Assembly: GCA_027251445.1 (NCBI GenBank)
Contig: JAPNQO010000084.1
Location: 1 to 64,000 of the forward strand
Origin: Fidelibacterota bacterium
GTDB taxonomy: Bacteria; Fidelibacterota; Marinisomatia; Marinisomatales; TCS55
Reading direction: 5' to 3'
DNA length: 64,000 nt
This document shows positions 31,626 through 40,807 of this stretch, in pieces. A program made the position numbers and the translations under genes. How positions within the stretch are numbered: position 1 is the stretch's first letter; each line of letters starts with the position of its first letter. The notes beneath the pieces were generated by a model. The model had not been told where the DNA came from, searched no databases, and saw nothing but the letters and a program-made list of their open reading frames with translations.

Positions 31626-32912
31626 TTAATCACGTATAATGCCTCTTACTATTCTTGTAGATGCACCAATATTATTATGAATAACATTAGTAGCGGCTTC
31701 ACTCGCCTTCAATAATACTTTTTCATTATTAATTAATTCATTTGTGATATTATAAAATTCTTGACCACTTCTAACAGACCATCCCCCTCCAAGATCAATT
31801 AATTCTTTAGCTTCATGAAAATTATCATATTGGGGACCAAAGATTACTGGCAATCTTGCAATTGCTGGTTCCATAACATTGTGAATTCCTGCAGAAAAAC
31901 CCCCTCCAATATATGCAATAATTCCTTCCCAATATAATTGGGATAACACACCAATTACATCGACAATAATAACTCTGGGAAAATTTTTATTATCAGTTTT
32001 TTGTTTACTATAAATGTCAACTGAAAATCCCTTATCTGAAAAATAATCAAAAACTAAACTAATTTGCTTTGGAATTGGTTCATGTGGCACCCAATAGATA
32101 TGTAAATCATTATTTTCATTAATTAAATCCATTAAGCCTTCTATTATATTTTTTCTATCCTCAATATGCATACTTCCTAATATTATACTTTTCCTTCTTT
32201 TTAAAATTCCTTTTGTATGTTCTATTGAATATTGATCAATAGATTTATTTACTTGATCATATCTAGGGTTACCTAAAACACGTGTAATTACATTGTTAGT
32301 TTCATTTAAAATTAATCGAAGTTTTTTATCATCATTCTTTGTTATCGTATATATGGAATGAAATTTTTTATAGACATATCCATAAAAGCTTTTAACCAAG
32401 GGGATCAACTTTTTTGTATTTTTTTTAAACTTAGCTGCAAATAAAACTGTTGGTATATTCATTTTTTTCGCATTCCATATCAAATTAGGCCAAATATCAT
32501 ATGCAGCAAAAATTAGTTTTTTAGGTTTAATAATCTTGAGGATCCTTCTAGTTGACCAAGGAAAATCAAAGGGAAGATAAATTTTACAATCAATTATTTT
32601 ATCATCTACATTATTATACCCAGATGGTGAAAAAAAACTAACAATTATTTTTATTTTGGGTTCTATTTCTTTTAAACCTAATAAAACGGGTCTAGCTTGG
32701 AGAAACTCTCCGTGAGAAGAGACATGAAACCAATATATAATCTGATCTCCTTTACCAAGAGACTTTATGTAATGGTCTAAAATACCAAAAGTATTAAATC
32801 GACCAAAAAAACCCTCTCTTATTTTCTTATTTATAATTAAGCCTATAATGCCAATAATTACCATTATTGGCAAAAAAATAATATTATAAAGGAAGTACCA
32901 TATGAAGATCAT
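31626..32912 (-). CDS. waaA: Kdo transferase
   Basis: WFH-x-SS-x-GE, YLPFD, YIGGGF-x-x-x-x-HNVMEPA and FGP. Confidence 0.9.
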   Translation of the reverse strand: MIFIWYFLYNIIFLPIMVIIGIIGLIINKKIREGFFGRFNTFGILDHYIKSLGKGDQIIYWFHVSSHGEFLQARPVLLGLKEIEPKIKIIVSFFSPSGYNNVDDKIIDCKIYLPFDFPWSTRRILKIIKPKKLIFAAYDIWPNLIWNAKKMNIPTVLFAAKFKKNTKKLIPLVKSFYGYVYKKFHSIYTITKNDDKKLRLILNETNNVITRVLGNPRYDQVNKSIDQYSIEHTKGILKRRKSIILGSMHIEDRKNIIEGLMDLINENNDLHIYWVPHEPIPKQISLVFDYFSDKGFSVDIYSKQKTDNKNFPRVIIVDVIGVLSQLYWEGIIAYIGGGFSAGIHNVMEPAIARLPVIFGPQYDNFHEAKELIDLGGGWSVRSGQEFYNITNELINNEKVLLKASEAATNVIHNNIGASTRIVRGIIRD

Positions 32913-33931
32913 CTATCTAAAATGCCCCTGATAGAGTTTATTACATCAGAGCTAGAAATTTCATTTATGCAATATTGTTGGGGTCTGAAACAAGGACTTC
33001 GACCATTTTGACTACACGGTCTACACCAAATTTCTTTTTCTACAGTAGATGATCTTTTTAACATAACTCCACCACCCATTTGAGTATTAGTTGGACCTAA
33101 AATCATTAAAACGGGAACACCCAATGCCTCTGATGCATGCACCAATCCTGTATCACTTCCAATTGTAAAACTAGATAATGAAATTAACGCAATAGATTCT
33201 CTTAAAGATAATCTTCCAAAAAGGGAAGTAACATTATTATTGATTTTATTAATTGAGTTACATATATCATCATTATTTCCACCTAACATAACTACTTTAT
33301 ATTTAAGACTCTCAGTAATGTAATTTATTACTTTACTATACCTTTTCTTGAGCCAGGTTTTCTGCTTCCATGCAGCTCCAGGTATTAATGTTATAAATGA
33401 TCTATCTACACCATTATTTTTAAGAAGTAATTCAGCTTCATTCCTTTCAATTTTTGATACAACCAATTTATTATCTGGTATATTATAATTGTTGACTAAT
33501 ATTTTGTTTAGACATTGATGATAAAGCCATCGCTGAGAAAATTTATTATCAAAATCATTCCTATTAAACTGAATCATTTTAAACCTCTTCCACCTTGGTT
33601 TTTTATAAATGATTTTTTGAATACCTTTAATATGATTTAATATGATTTTAGATCGAATAACATTATGAAAATCAATTATCAAATCATATTTACGATCAGA
33701 TATTTTCTTTCCAATATTTTTTAATTGATTGTAGTTAAAAAATCTAGAGATTGTTATGATACGATTAATAAATGGTTGACCTATTAATATTTCAGCGTAT
33801 TCATCTAAAGTAATAATATCAATCTTAGCATCGGGAAACTGATCATTTAATGTCTGCAGAGGAGATGTTAACTGTACAATATCACCTATAGAACTGAACC
33901 TTAAGACCAAAATGGTCCTTAGCTTTTGCAT
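32909..33931 (-). CDS. GT9 LPS heptosyltransferase (WaaF/RfaQ-like)
   Basis: RFSSIGDIV, PGA-x-W-x-x-K-x-W, DTGL-x-H and CRPC. Confidence 0.88.
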   Translation of the reverse strand: MQKLRTILVLRFSSIGDIVQLTSPLQTLNDQFPDAKIDIITLDEYAEILIGQPFINRIITISRFFNYNQLKNIGKKISDRKYDLIIDFHNVIRSKIILNHIKGIQKIIYKKPRWKRFKMIQFNRNDFDNKFSQRWLYHQCLNKILVNNYNIPDNKLVVSKIERNEAELLLKNNGVDRSFITLIPGAAWKQKTWLKKRYSKVINYITESLKYKVVMLGGNNDDICNSINKINNNVTSLFGRLSLRESIALISLSSFTIGSDTGLVHASEALGVPVLMILGPTNTQMGGGVMLKRSSTVEKEIWCRPCSQNGRSPCFRPQQYCINEISSSDVINSIRGILDR

Positions 33932-33932
33932 A

Positions 33933-34922
33933 CTAATAGTTTCTGTTAGAATTAAAAGCTACTAGGTCAATCAATGATTGTCTGTAAGCTGAATCAGGAT
34001 ATTCACTTATAGCTTCAATAGCTTGATTACTAAACTCATCTATTTTTTGTTTAGCATAATCAAATCCACCTGAGGAATTAATTAATTGTTTTAATTTCTT
34101 GATGTCATCTTTCGATTTATTTTTAATGTTTAGAATTTTCTTAACTAATCTTGATTCAGGCTTTTTTAAATTCGAATAAGAATAAATTAAGGGTAGAGTA
34201 ATCATATTTTTCTTTACATCAGCGCCTACATTCTTACCAGTTTTTGATTCAACCCCTAACATATCAAATAAATCATCTTTAATCTGAAATGCCATACCTA
34301 AATTTTCACCAAAGATACGCATATTATTTCTGTCAGCATTATTTTTTGAAGATGTTATAGCTCCTAACTCACAAGAAGTTGAAATAAGACTTGCTGTTTT
34401 TTTATTAATCATATCATAATAAATTTTTTCTGTCATTGATCTTGTTAAGCTCTTTTCTATTTGCAATATTTCTCCTGAACTTAGCTTTTCTGCAGTTTGA
34501 GATATCAAATCAAGAGCCTCAAAATCTTTTATACCTACTAAATTAATAAGTGCTTTACTTAGAATAAAATCACCCATTAAAACAGAAACTTTATTCTTCC
34601 AGATTCTATTTACAGATGTAAAACCTCTTCTCGTTGTAGCATCATCAACAACATCATCATGTATCAATGTTGCGATATGTAATAATTCAATCATTGCTGC
34701 AGATCTATAACTATTTAAACAAGGTTTTCCACAAACTCTAGCAGATAGAATAGTTAATATTGGTCTAATATGTTTGCCTTTATGCCTAAGAATATATTTA
34801 CCAACTGTATTAACTAGACGCACCTCGGATTTAAGAGCATCTCGTAGCTCTGCTTCAAAAAGTTTTATATCTTCAAATATTGGTGCAGTGATATCTTTAA
34901 GTGTATTTAAATCGTTTTTCAT
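33933..34922 (-). CDS. Polyprenyl diphosphate synthase (IspB-like)
   Basis: GK-x-IRP, HDDVVD-x-x-x-x-RRG, KTA and FQIKDD. Confidence 0.92.
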   Translation of the reverse strand: MKNDLNTLKDITAPIFEDIKLFEAELRDALKSEVRLVNTVGKYILRHKGKHIRPILTILSARVCGKPCLNSYRSAAMIELLHIATLIHDDVVDDATTRRGFTSVNRIWKNKVSVLMGDFILSKALINLVGIKDFEALDLISQTAEKLSSGEILQIEKSLTRSMTEKIYYDMINKKTASLISTSCELGAITSSKNNADRNNMRIFGENLGMAFQIKDDLFDMLGVESKTGKNVGADVKKNMITLPLIYSYSNLKKPESRLVKKILNIKNKSKDDIKKLKQLINSSGGFDYAKQKIDEFSNQAIEAISEYPDSAYRQSLIDLVAFNSNRNY

Positions 34923-34948
34923 ATCTATTTAATTATTTTTTTTAAATT

Positions 34949-35674
34949 TCATTTATTTCTTTTAACCATCCAAGATACACCGATACTAATTTCATATAAT
35001 ATAGCAAGGGGGATCGACATAAAAACCAGACTTATAGGATCTGGCGGTGTAATAAATGCAGATAAAATTAATATAAAAACTAATGCATGTCGACGGTAAT
35101 GACGCATAAACGCGGGAGTTAAAATCCCTATACTACTCAATATAAACACAATTATCGGCAATTCGAAAATTACACCACTACCTAATAATAACATTGTAAT
35201 AAAACTAAAATAGTAATTTATTGAAAAATTGTTTTTCACTTCTATCATACCCATAGATGTAAAAAAGTTCAATGAGTATGGTATTAATACTACAAATGCA
35301 AAAACAATGCCAATTAAGAATGCGAAATAACTAAAGAAAACTAAAGGAAACATAACTTTTTTTTCATTATTATGTAATCCAGGTCCTATAAATTTTGCCA
35401 GTTGATATGTTAATACTGGAACTGCTAAAACTACTCCCCCTAGTAAAGCAACTCCCCACTTAATCATAAACATACCTTGAACTTTTAAAACTTGCAGATC
35501 AGGAGGGTTTGATAAATTCTTTATGGGAAAAATTAGAAATTGTAAAATATCTTCAATAAATAAAAAAGATACTATACCCCCTATTAAAATAGCTGCAATA
35601 CTCTTTATTAATCTCCAACGCAATTCCTCAAGATGATCTAAAAAAGACATCTGTGCTGACTCATGTGAATTCAT
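34949..35674 (-). CDS. tatC: Twin-arginine translocase subunit TatC
   Basis: HLEELRWR, PGL-x-x-x-E, FELP, ITPPD and LYE. Confidence 0.95.
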   Translation of the reverse strand: MNSHESAQMSFLDHLEELRWRLIKSIAAILIGGIVSFLFIEDILQFLIFPIKNLSNPPDLQVLKVQGMFMIKWGVALLGGVVLAVPVLTYQLAKFIGPGLHNNEKKVMFPLVFFSYFAFLIGIVFAFVVLIPYSLNFFTSMGMIEVKNNFSINYYFSFITMLLLGSGVIFELPIIVFILSSIGILTPAFMRHYRRHALVFILILSAFITPPDPISLVFMSIPLAILYEISIGVSWMVKRNK

Positions 35675-36603
35675 ATATCAATATTCTCCATAATCTCTTT
35701 TGCAGTAATAATTGGAGATTTTTTTAAGTCATTTATTGATTCTGTAGCACTATTTAATTTCGTAATCTTTTTTTTCGTCCAAAATTTATTTAATATTTTC
35801 TCTTGAATAATTTTTTTAACACGTAATCTATAACGGATTTTTTTCCTTTTTAAGATATGACCTGTTGCATCTAATTCTTCATACTTATTCATAATCCCCT
35901 TGAATAATTCTTCAATTCCTTTACCTTCTTTTGCAGTGGTATTAAAAATAGGTCGATTAATTTCTTTATTAATATTAATTATTGATTTCAATTTTTCTGT
36001 TAATTGTTTTGCCCCTTTTCTATCAGATTTATTAACAATAAATAAATCACCAATCTCTATTAGTCCAGCTTTCATTAATTGTACTTCATCTCCTGCTTCA
36101 GGAACTAATACAATAATTGTTAAATCTGCAACATTTACTATATCATACTCTCCCTGTCCAACACCAACAGTTTCATAAATAATTATATCTTTTCCTGCAA
36201 TAGCTAAAATATCTCCTATGTCCTGTGCCTTTCTTGATAATCCGCCAAGTTGTCCCTGAGTACTCATACTTCGAATAAAAATATTCTCATTGTTATGGTA
36301 TTGATTCATTCTAACTCTATCTCCCAACAAAGATCCGCCTGAAAATGGACTTGTAGGATCAATAGCGATTACACCTACCTTATGATTAGTCTTAATAAAA
36401 TTTTTAATTAATTCATTTGTGATAGAACTTTTTCCAGCTCCAGGGGGACCAGTAATACCTATTCGAATTGCATGATTAGTTTTACGAAAAAGTTTATCAA
36501 GATCCACACTTTTTTCTACATCTGTATTTTCAATTTCTGTTATTAATCGAGATAAATCACGTTGATTATTAGCTTCTAAATTTTGGATTAGAAATTTATC
36601 CAT
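35671..36603 (-). CDS. meaB: MeaB/ArgK family GTPase (methylmalonyl-CoA mutase chaperone)
   Basis: GITGPPGAGKS, DPTSPFSGG-x-LLGDR-x-RM, ETVGVGQ and NKSD. Confidence 0.93.
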   Translation of the reverse strand: MDKFLIQNLEANNQRDLSRLITEIENTDVEKSVDLDKLFRKTNHAIRIGITGPPGAGKSSITNELIKNFIKTNHKVGVIAIDPTSPFSGGSLLGDRVRMNQYHNNENIFIRSMSTQGQLGGLSRKAQDIGDILAIAGKDIIIYETVGVGQGEYDIVNVADLTIIVLVPEAGDEVQLMKAGLIEIGDLFIVNKSDRKGAKQLTEKLKSIININKEINRPIFNTTAKEGKGIEELFKGIMNKYEELDATGHILKRKKIRYRLRVKKIIQEKILNKFWTKKKITKLNSATESINDLKKSPIITAKEIMENIDI

Positions 36604-36637
36604 TGGATATCAAAAGCTTAGTTTAAGTAAAGATACT

Positions 36638-37318
36638 TTATGAAAAAGTTTTTGAAAATTGACTGAAATTATAAATTAATAACTGACGACCTTTACGAGA
36701 TAAAAGACCTTTCTCTTCAAGAAGTTTGAAAGTTCGTGATACGGTTTCTCTGGAGGTTCCAGCCATATTTGCAATATCTTGTTGAAATGGGAGATTATTA
36801 ATTTTCACGCTCCCTTGCTTAATAGTACCTAATTCTTCTGCTAATCTAATTAATGTAATACCAATACGCTGTTCAACATCACTTAAAGATAAACTTTCTA
36901 TTTGTTGATCACTTTTTCTTAAACGATGAGTAAGCTCCTCTAACAAACATATAGATATTTTTGGATATTGCTCAAGGATGTCTAAGAATTCATTCCGTGC
37001 CAATGTTAACACTTCTGACGCTTCCAATGATACTACATTAGCAGACCTACCATCTCCATCCAATAAAGACATTTCTCCAAAGAAATCGGCTTCACCTAAC
37101 ATTGCAAGTATTACTTCTCGTCCATCATCACTTAGGCGAGTAATCTTCACGCTTCCTTTTGCAATAACAAAAAATGTTTGACCAAGATCATCTTCTAAAA
37201 GAATCATTTGGTTCTTATTAAATTTTCTGTGCGTCATACGTTCAGCAATCTTAGTCAAATCAGACTTAGATAAATCTGAGAAAATTGGTACGGACTCTAA
37301 CAAAGATAATTTATCCAT
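36638..37318 (-). CDS. Crp/Fnr family transcriptional regulator
   Basis: cNMP pocket FGEMSL...RSA and HTH GTSRETVSR. Confidence 0.93.
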   Translation of the reverse strand: MDKLSLLESVPIFSDLSKSDLTKIAERMTHRKFNKNQMILLEDDLGQTFFVIAKGSVKITRLSDDGREVILAMLGEADFFGEMSLLDGDGRSANVVSLEASEVLTLARNEFLDILEQYPKISICLLEELTHRLRKSDQQIESLSLSDVEQRIGITLIRLAEELGTIKQGSVKINNLPFQQDIANMAGTSRETVSRTFKLLEEKGLLSRKGRQLLIYNFSQFSKTFS

Positions 37319-37463
37319 GTAGAAAGATACGTTTTCTTACGGTTAATTCAAAATTTTGGATTCAAAAACTTATTTAAAAAAATTGATTCCTATCTTGTTT
37401 CAAAATAAGTTCCCGATCAAGTTTTAATTATAAAATAAAAATTATAGGAATATTTGATTAATT

Positions 37464-37718
37464 ATGGATAGACATCCCCAACAGATAAAACGTGAGCGTC
37501 AAGATAAAAAACGCCGTCAAAATAATGTTTCTCGTATGTCAGAGTTAAAAACGTCAATAAAAAAAGTGCTTTCTACAAATGATCATAAAAAAGCACAAGA
37601 AATATATAGAGATACTGTAAAACAAATAGATAAGGCTGCAAGTAAAGGTCTAATTAAAAAAAATACGGCATCTAGACGTAAATCTCGTATTACACGACAT
37701 CTAAATTCTCTTTCTTAA
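37464..37718 (+). CDS. rpsT: 30S ribosomal protein S20
   Basis: KR-x-RQ...N, IDKAASKG-x-I-x-KNTASRRKSR. Confidence 0.93.
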   Translation: MDRHPQQIKRERQDKKRRQNNVSRMSELKTSIKKVLSTNDHKKAQEIYRDTVKQIDKAASKGLIKKNTASRRKSRITRHLNSLS

Positions 37719-37748
37719 TAAACTATACTGATTTTTAAATAAACTTCG

Positions 37749-37774
37749 CTGATGAATAGGTATTTATTCATCAG
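37749..37774. terminator. Hairpin between convergent rpsT and guaB
   Basis: CTGATGAATA-ggtatt-TATTCATCAG, a 10-bp perfect stem. Confidence 0.55.
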
Positions 37775-39233
37775 AAATTTGATAATTAGGCGCTTCTTTA
37801 ATAACCTTTACCTCATGTGGATGGCCTTCCTTTACACCAGCACTTGTAATTTGAATGAAATTACTATTTTTACTAAAGTTTGAAATTGTGTCAGCTCCAC
37901 AATAACCCATAGAAGCTTTTAATCCTCCAGTCAACTGATGAATAGTATTTCGAACTGGTCCTCTATATGGAACCATACCCTCTATACCTTCAGGAACTAA
38001 TTTTGTTGATTCAGCGCCCTCTTGGAAATAACGATCCCCACTTCCTTCCTTCATCGCTCCTAGGGAGCCCATACCACGATATGATTTATATTGTCTACCT
38101 TCAAATAATATAGTTTCACCCGGGCTTTCATCCATTCCAGCCAGTAAGCTTCCTAACATCACAGAGCTTGCTCCAGCAGCAATTGATTTTGCTATATCAC
38201 CGCTGTAACGTATTCCACCATCTGCTATAATTGGAATATTAGATTTTGCAGCCTCTTCGGCGCAATCCATAATTGAAGATAATTGTGGAACTCCAACACC
38301 TGCAACTACTCTTGTTGTACAACTAGCTCCTGCACCTATTCCTATTTTTGGACAGTCAACTCCAGCATCTATCAGAGACCTTACTCCCTCTTTAGTTGCT
38401 ACATTCCCAGCAATTAGAGCCATTGTGCCTATACTATGCTTCAATTTTTCAATTAATTTTAATACGCCAGAAGAGTGACCATGAGCAGTATCTACTACTA
38501 ATGCATCTAAACCAGAATTTTGCAGTGCTTGAGCACGTTCAATTGCTTCATCATTAACACCTATAGCTGCAGCAACTCTTAAACGTCCATTTTTATCTTT
38601 ACATGCGATAGGAAATTGTTCTTTTTTTTGAATATCTTTGACGGTTATTAGCCCTGCTAGTGAGCCGTCTCCATCAACTACTAATAGTTTCTCTATACGA
38701 TGTTCTTGAAGTATTTCTTTTGCTTTATCCAAAGTAGTACCTACGGGTACTGTAACTAAACTTTCAGTAGTCATACGATCACTAACAAATAGATCTAAAT
38801 CTTTTTCAAAACGAATATCTCTATTGGTAATTATTCCAACTAGTTTTCCATCTTTAACGACAGGTAGTCCGCTAATATGATAATTATCCATCATCGCTTT
38901 TGCTTCACGTATTGTTTTAGAAGGATCCATAATAAGAGGATTTATTATCATTCCACTTTCTGATCTTTTTACTTTATCAACCATATTTACTTGATCAGAA
39001 ATTGAAAGATTTTTATGAATAACTCCCATTCCACCTTCTCTGGCTAACGCAATAGCCATTTCGCTTTCAGTTACTGTATCCATTGCAGCACTTATTAACG
39101 GTATATTTATTTTTATACTACTAGTAATATTAGAAGACAAATTCACATCTTTAGGGAGCACTTTTGATGACTGTGGTACAAGAAGAACATCATCAAAAGT
39201 ATATTTATAAATGAATGGTGGTTTATTTGGCAT
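37764..39233 (-). CDS. guaB: IMP dehydrogenase
   Basis: [19 protein letters not shown] pair, CTTR, IADGGI, YRGMGS and VPEG. Confidence 0.97.
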   Translation of the reverse strand: MPNKPPFIYKYTFDDVLLVPQSSKVLPKDVNLSSNITSSIKINIPLISAAMDTVTESEMAIALAREGGMGVIHKNLSISDQVNMVDKVKRSESGMIINPLIMDPSKTIREAKAMMDNYHISGLPVVKDGKLVGIITNRDIRFEKDLDLFVSDRMTTESLVTVPVGTTLDKAKEILQEHRIEKLLVVDGDGSLAGLITVKDIQKKEQFPIACKDKNGRLRVAAAIGVNDEAIERAQALQNSGLDALVVDTAHGHSSGVLKLIEKLKHSIGTMALIAGNVATKEGVRSLIDAGVDCPKIGIGAGASCTTRVVAGVGVPQLSSIMDCAEEAAKSNIPIIADGGIRYSGDIAKSIAAGASSVMLGSLLAGMDESPGETILFEGRQYKSYRGMGSLGAMKEGSGDRYFQEGAESTKLVPEGIEGMVPYRGPVRNTIHQLTGGLKASMGYCGADTISNFSKNSNFIQITSAGVKEGHPHEVKVIKEAPNYQISDE

Positions 39234-39235
39234 AG

Positions 39236-40759
39236 TTAATAAATCTCATAATTTTTAATACATTTAAGAATTTCTCTAGATTTTATAAGATCATTGATCG
39301 ATTTAATGTCACCGTGCAAGGGTCTATCAGTCTTAGAGTAGTGCACATGTTTTTTCATTAGTTTAATAACAGGTAAAAAAGATTTTGCCACCTTCAAAGG
39401 GGCATGAAATAACTCATTAACAGTAGTAGAAGCAAGTAATTCAATAGATAAAATATTTCTAACATTATCAATTACTCGCAAGCACTTCCTACCTGCCCAC
39501 GGTGCCATACTTACAAAATCTTCCTGACCTCCAGAAGTTGAAATACTATCAACACTTGCTGGGTGAGTTAGTACCTTATTTTCAGAAACAAGACTTGCTG
39601 CAGTTACATGCGCAGTCATAAAACCCGATTCTAAACCAGGATTAGAAGCAATAAATGGAGGAATATAATCATCGACTCCTTTCATAAAGTAATGAATCCG
39701 TCTTTCAGCGATAGAACCAATTTCAGCTATTGCTATTGCTAAATTATCCATTGCTTGCGCGATAGATTCAGCATGAAAATGACCAGAATTCAGTATTTTT
39801 CCATTTGGCATAATTAGCGGATTATCACTGACACTATTAGCTTCATTTTCTACAATTTCTTTGACGCATTTATAATTTTCTCTACTTATTCCATGAACTT
39901 GTGGTATACATCGAAAACTATAAGGATCTTGAAGTCGATCACAATTTTTATGTGATAATACAATTTGACTTTTATCAAGGAGATTCCAAACATTTGAGGC
40001 TACAATTCTTTGTCCAGGATGACCCTTTAGTTTATGAATTTCAGATTTGAACACACTTCGAGAAGACAATGACGCTTCAACAGACATAGCTCCAGAAAGG
40101 TCTGCTACCTTCAAAATATTTTCAGCATCAATACAAGCTTTTATTGCAATTGCTGTTGAAACTTGTGTACCATTAATTAAGCTCAAACCTTCCTTAGGCT
40201 CTAGAGTAATAGGCTCAAGTCCAACTTCTTTCATTGCTAACATAGCAGGCATAATCCGTCCTTGAAAATTGACCAGACCTTCTCCAATTAAAGGTAATGC
40301 CATATGTGCAAGTGGTGCAAGATCACCGCTAGCACCTACAGAACCCTGTCTTGGTATTTCAGGTAAAATATCATGATTTAAAAAATTTTTAAGTAACTGG
40401 ACTAATTTTGTTCTTACTCCGCTTACACCTTTAGACCAGTTTAATAATTTTAATAACATAATTATTCTTGTTATACCAGGATCAAATGATTTACCTACTC
40501 CTGTTGCATGTGATCTTATAAGGTTTAACTGCAGCTTCCTCTGATCATTTACATCAATAGGTATTGAACTTAAATCTCCAAAGCCAGTTGTAACGCCATA
40601 TATTTTTTCACCATTTTTTAATAAGTGTGAAAATGTTTTGTGAGATTTTTGTATTGATTTACTAGAATTAGAATCTAAGCGAACCTTAACTGGCCCATTA
40701 AGACATGGTAAAAAATATTCTAATGTAGAGGATTTATTTGAAATAGATAGGGCTGACAT
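39236..40759 (-). CDS. hutH: Histidine ammonia-lyase
   Basis: YGVTTGFG, LIRSH (His-specific SH), MIO motif GASGDLAPL and QDPYSFRC. Confidence 0.93.
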   Translation of the reverse strand: MSALSISNKSSTLEYFLPCLNGPVKVRLDSNSSKSIQKSHKTFSHLLKNGEKIYGVTTGFGDLSSIPIDVNDQRKLQLNLIRSHATGVGKSFDPGITRIIMLLKLLNWSKGVSGVRTKLVQLLKNFLNHDILPEIPRQGSVGASGDLAPLAHMALPLIGEGLVNFQGRIMPAMLAMKEVGLEPITLEPKEGLSLINGTQVSTAIAIKACIDAENILKVADLSGAMSVEASLSSRSVFKSEIHKLKGHPGQRIVASNVWNLLDKSQIVLSHKNCDRLQDPYSFRCIPQVHGISRENYKCVKEIVENEANSVSDNPLIMPNGKILNSGHFHAESIAQAMDNLAIAIAEIGSIAERRIHYFMKGVDDYIPPFIASNPGLESGFMTAHVTAASLVSENKVLTHPASVDSISTSGGQEDFVSMAPWAGRKCLRVIDNVRNILSIELLASTTVNELFHAPLKVAKSFLPVIKLMKKHVHYSKTDRPLHGDIKSINDLIKSREILKCIKNYEIY

Positions 40760-40807
40760 AAATTAATTTAACTTTATGAACCTATGCTAATCAATACTAA
40801 GAGATAA

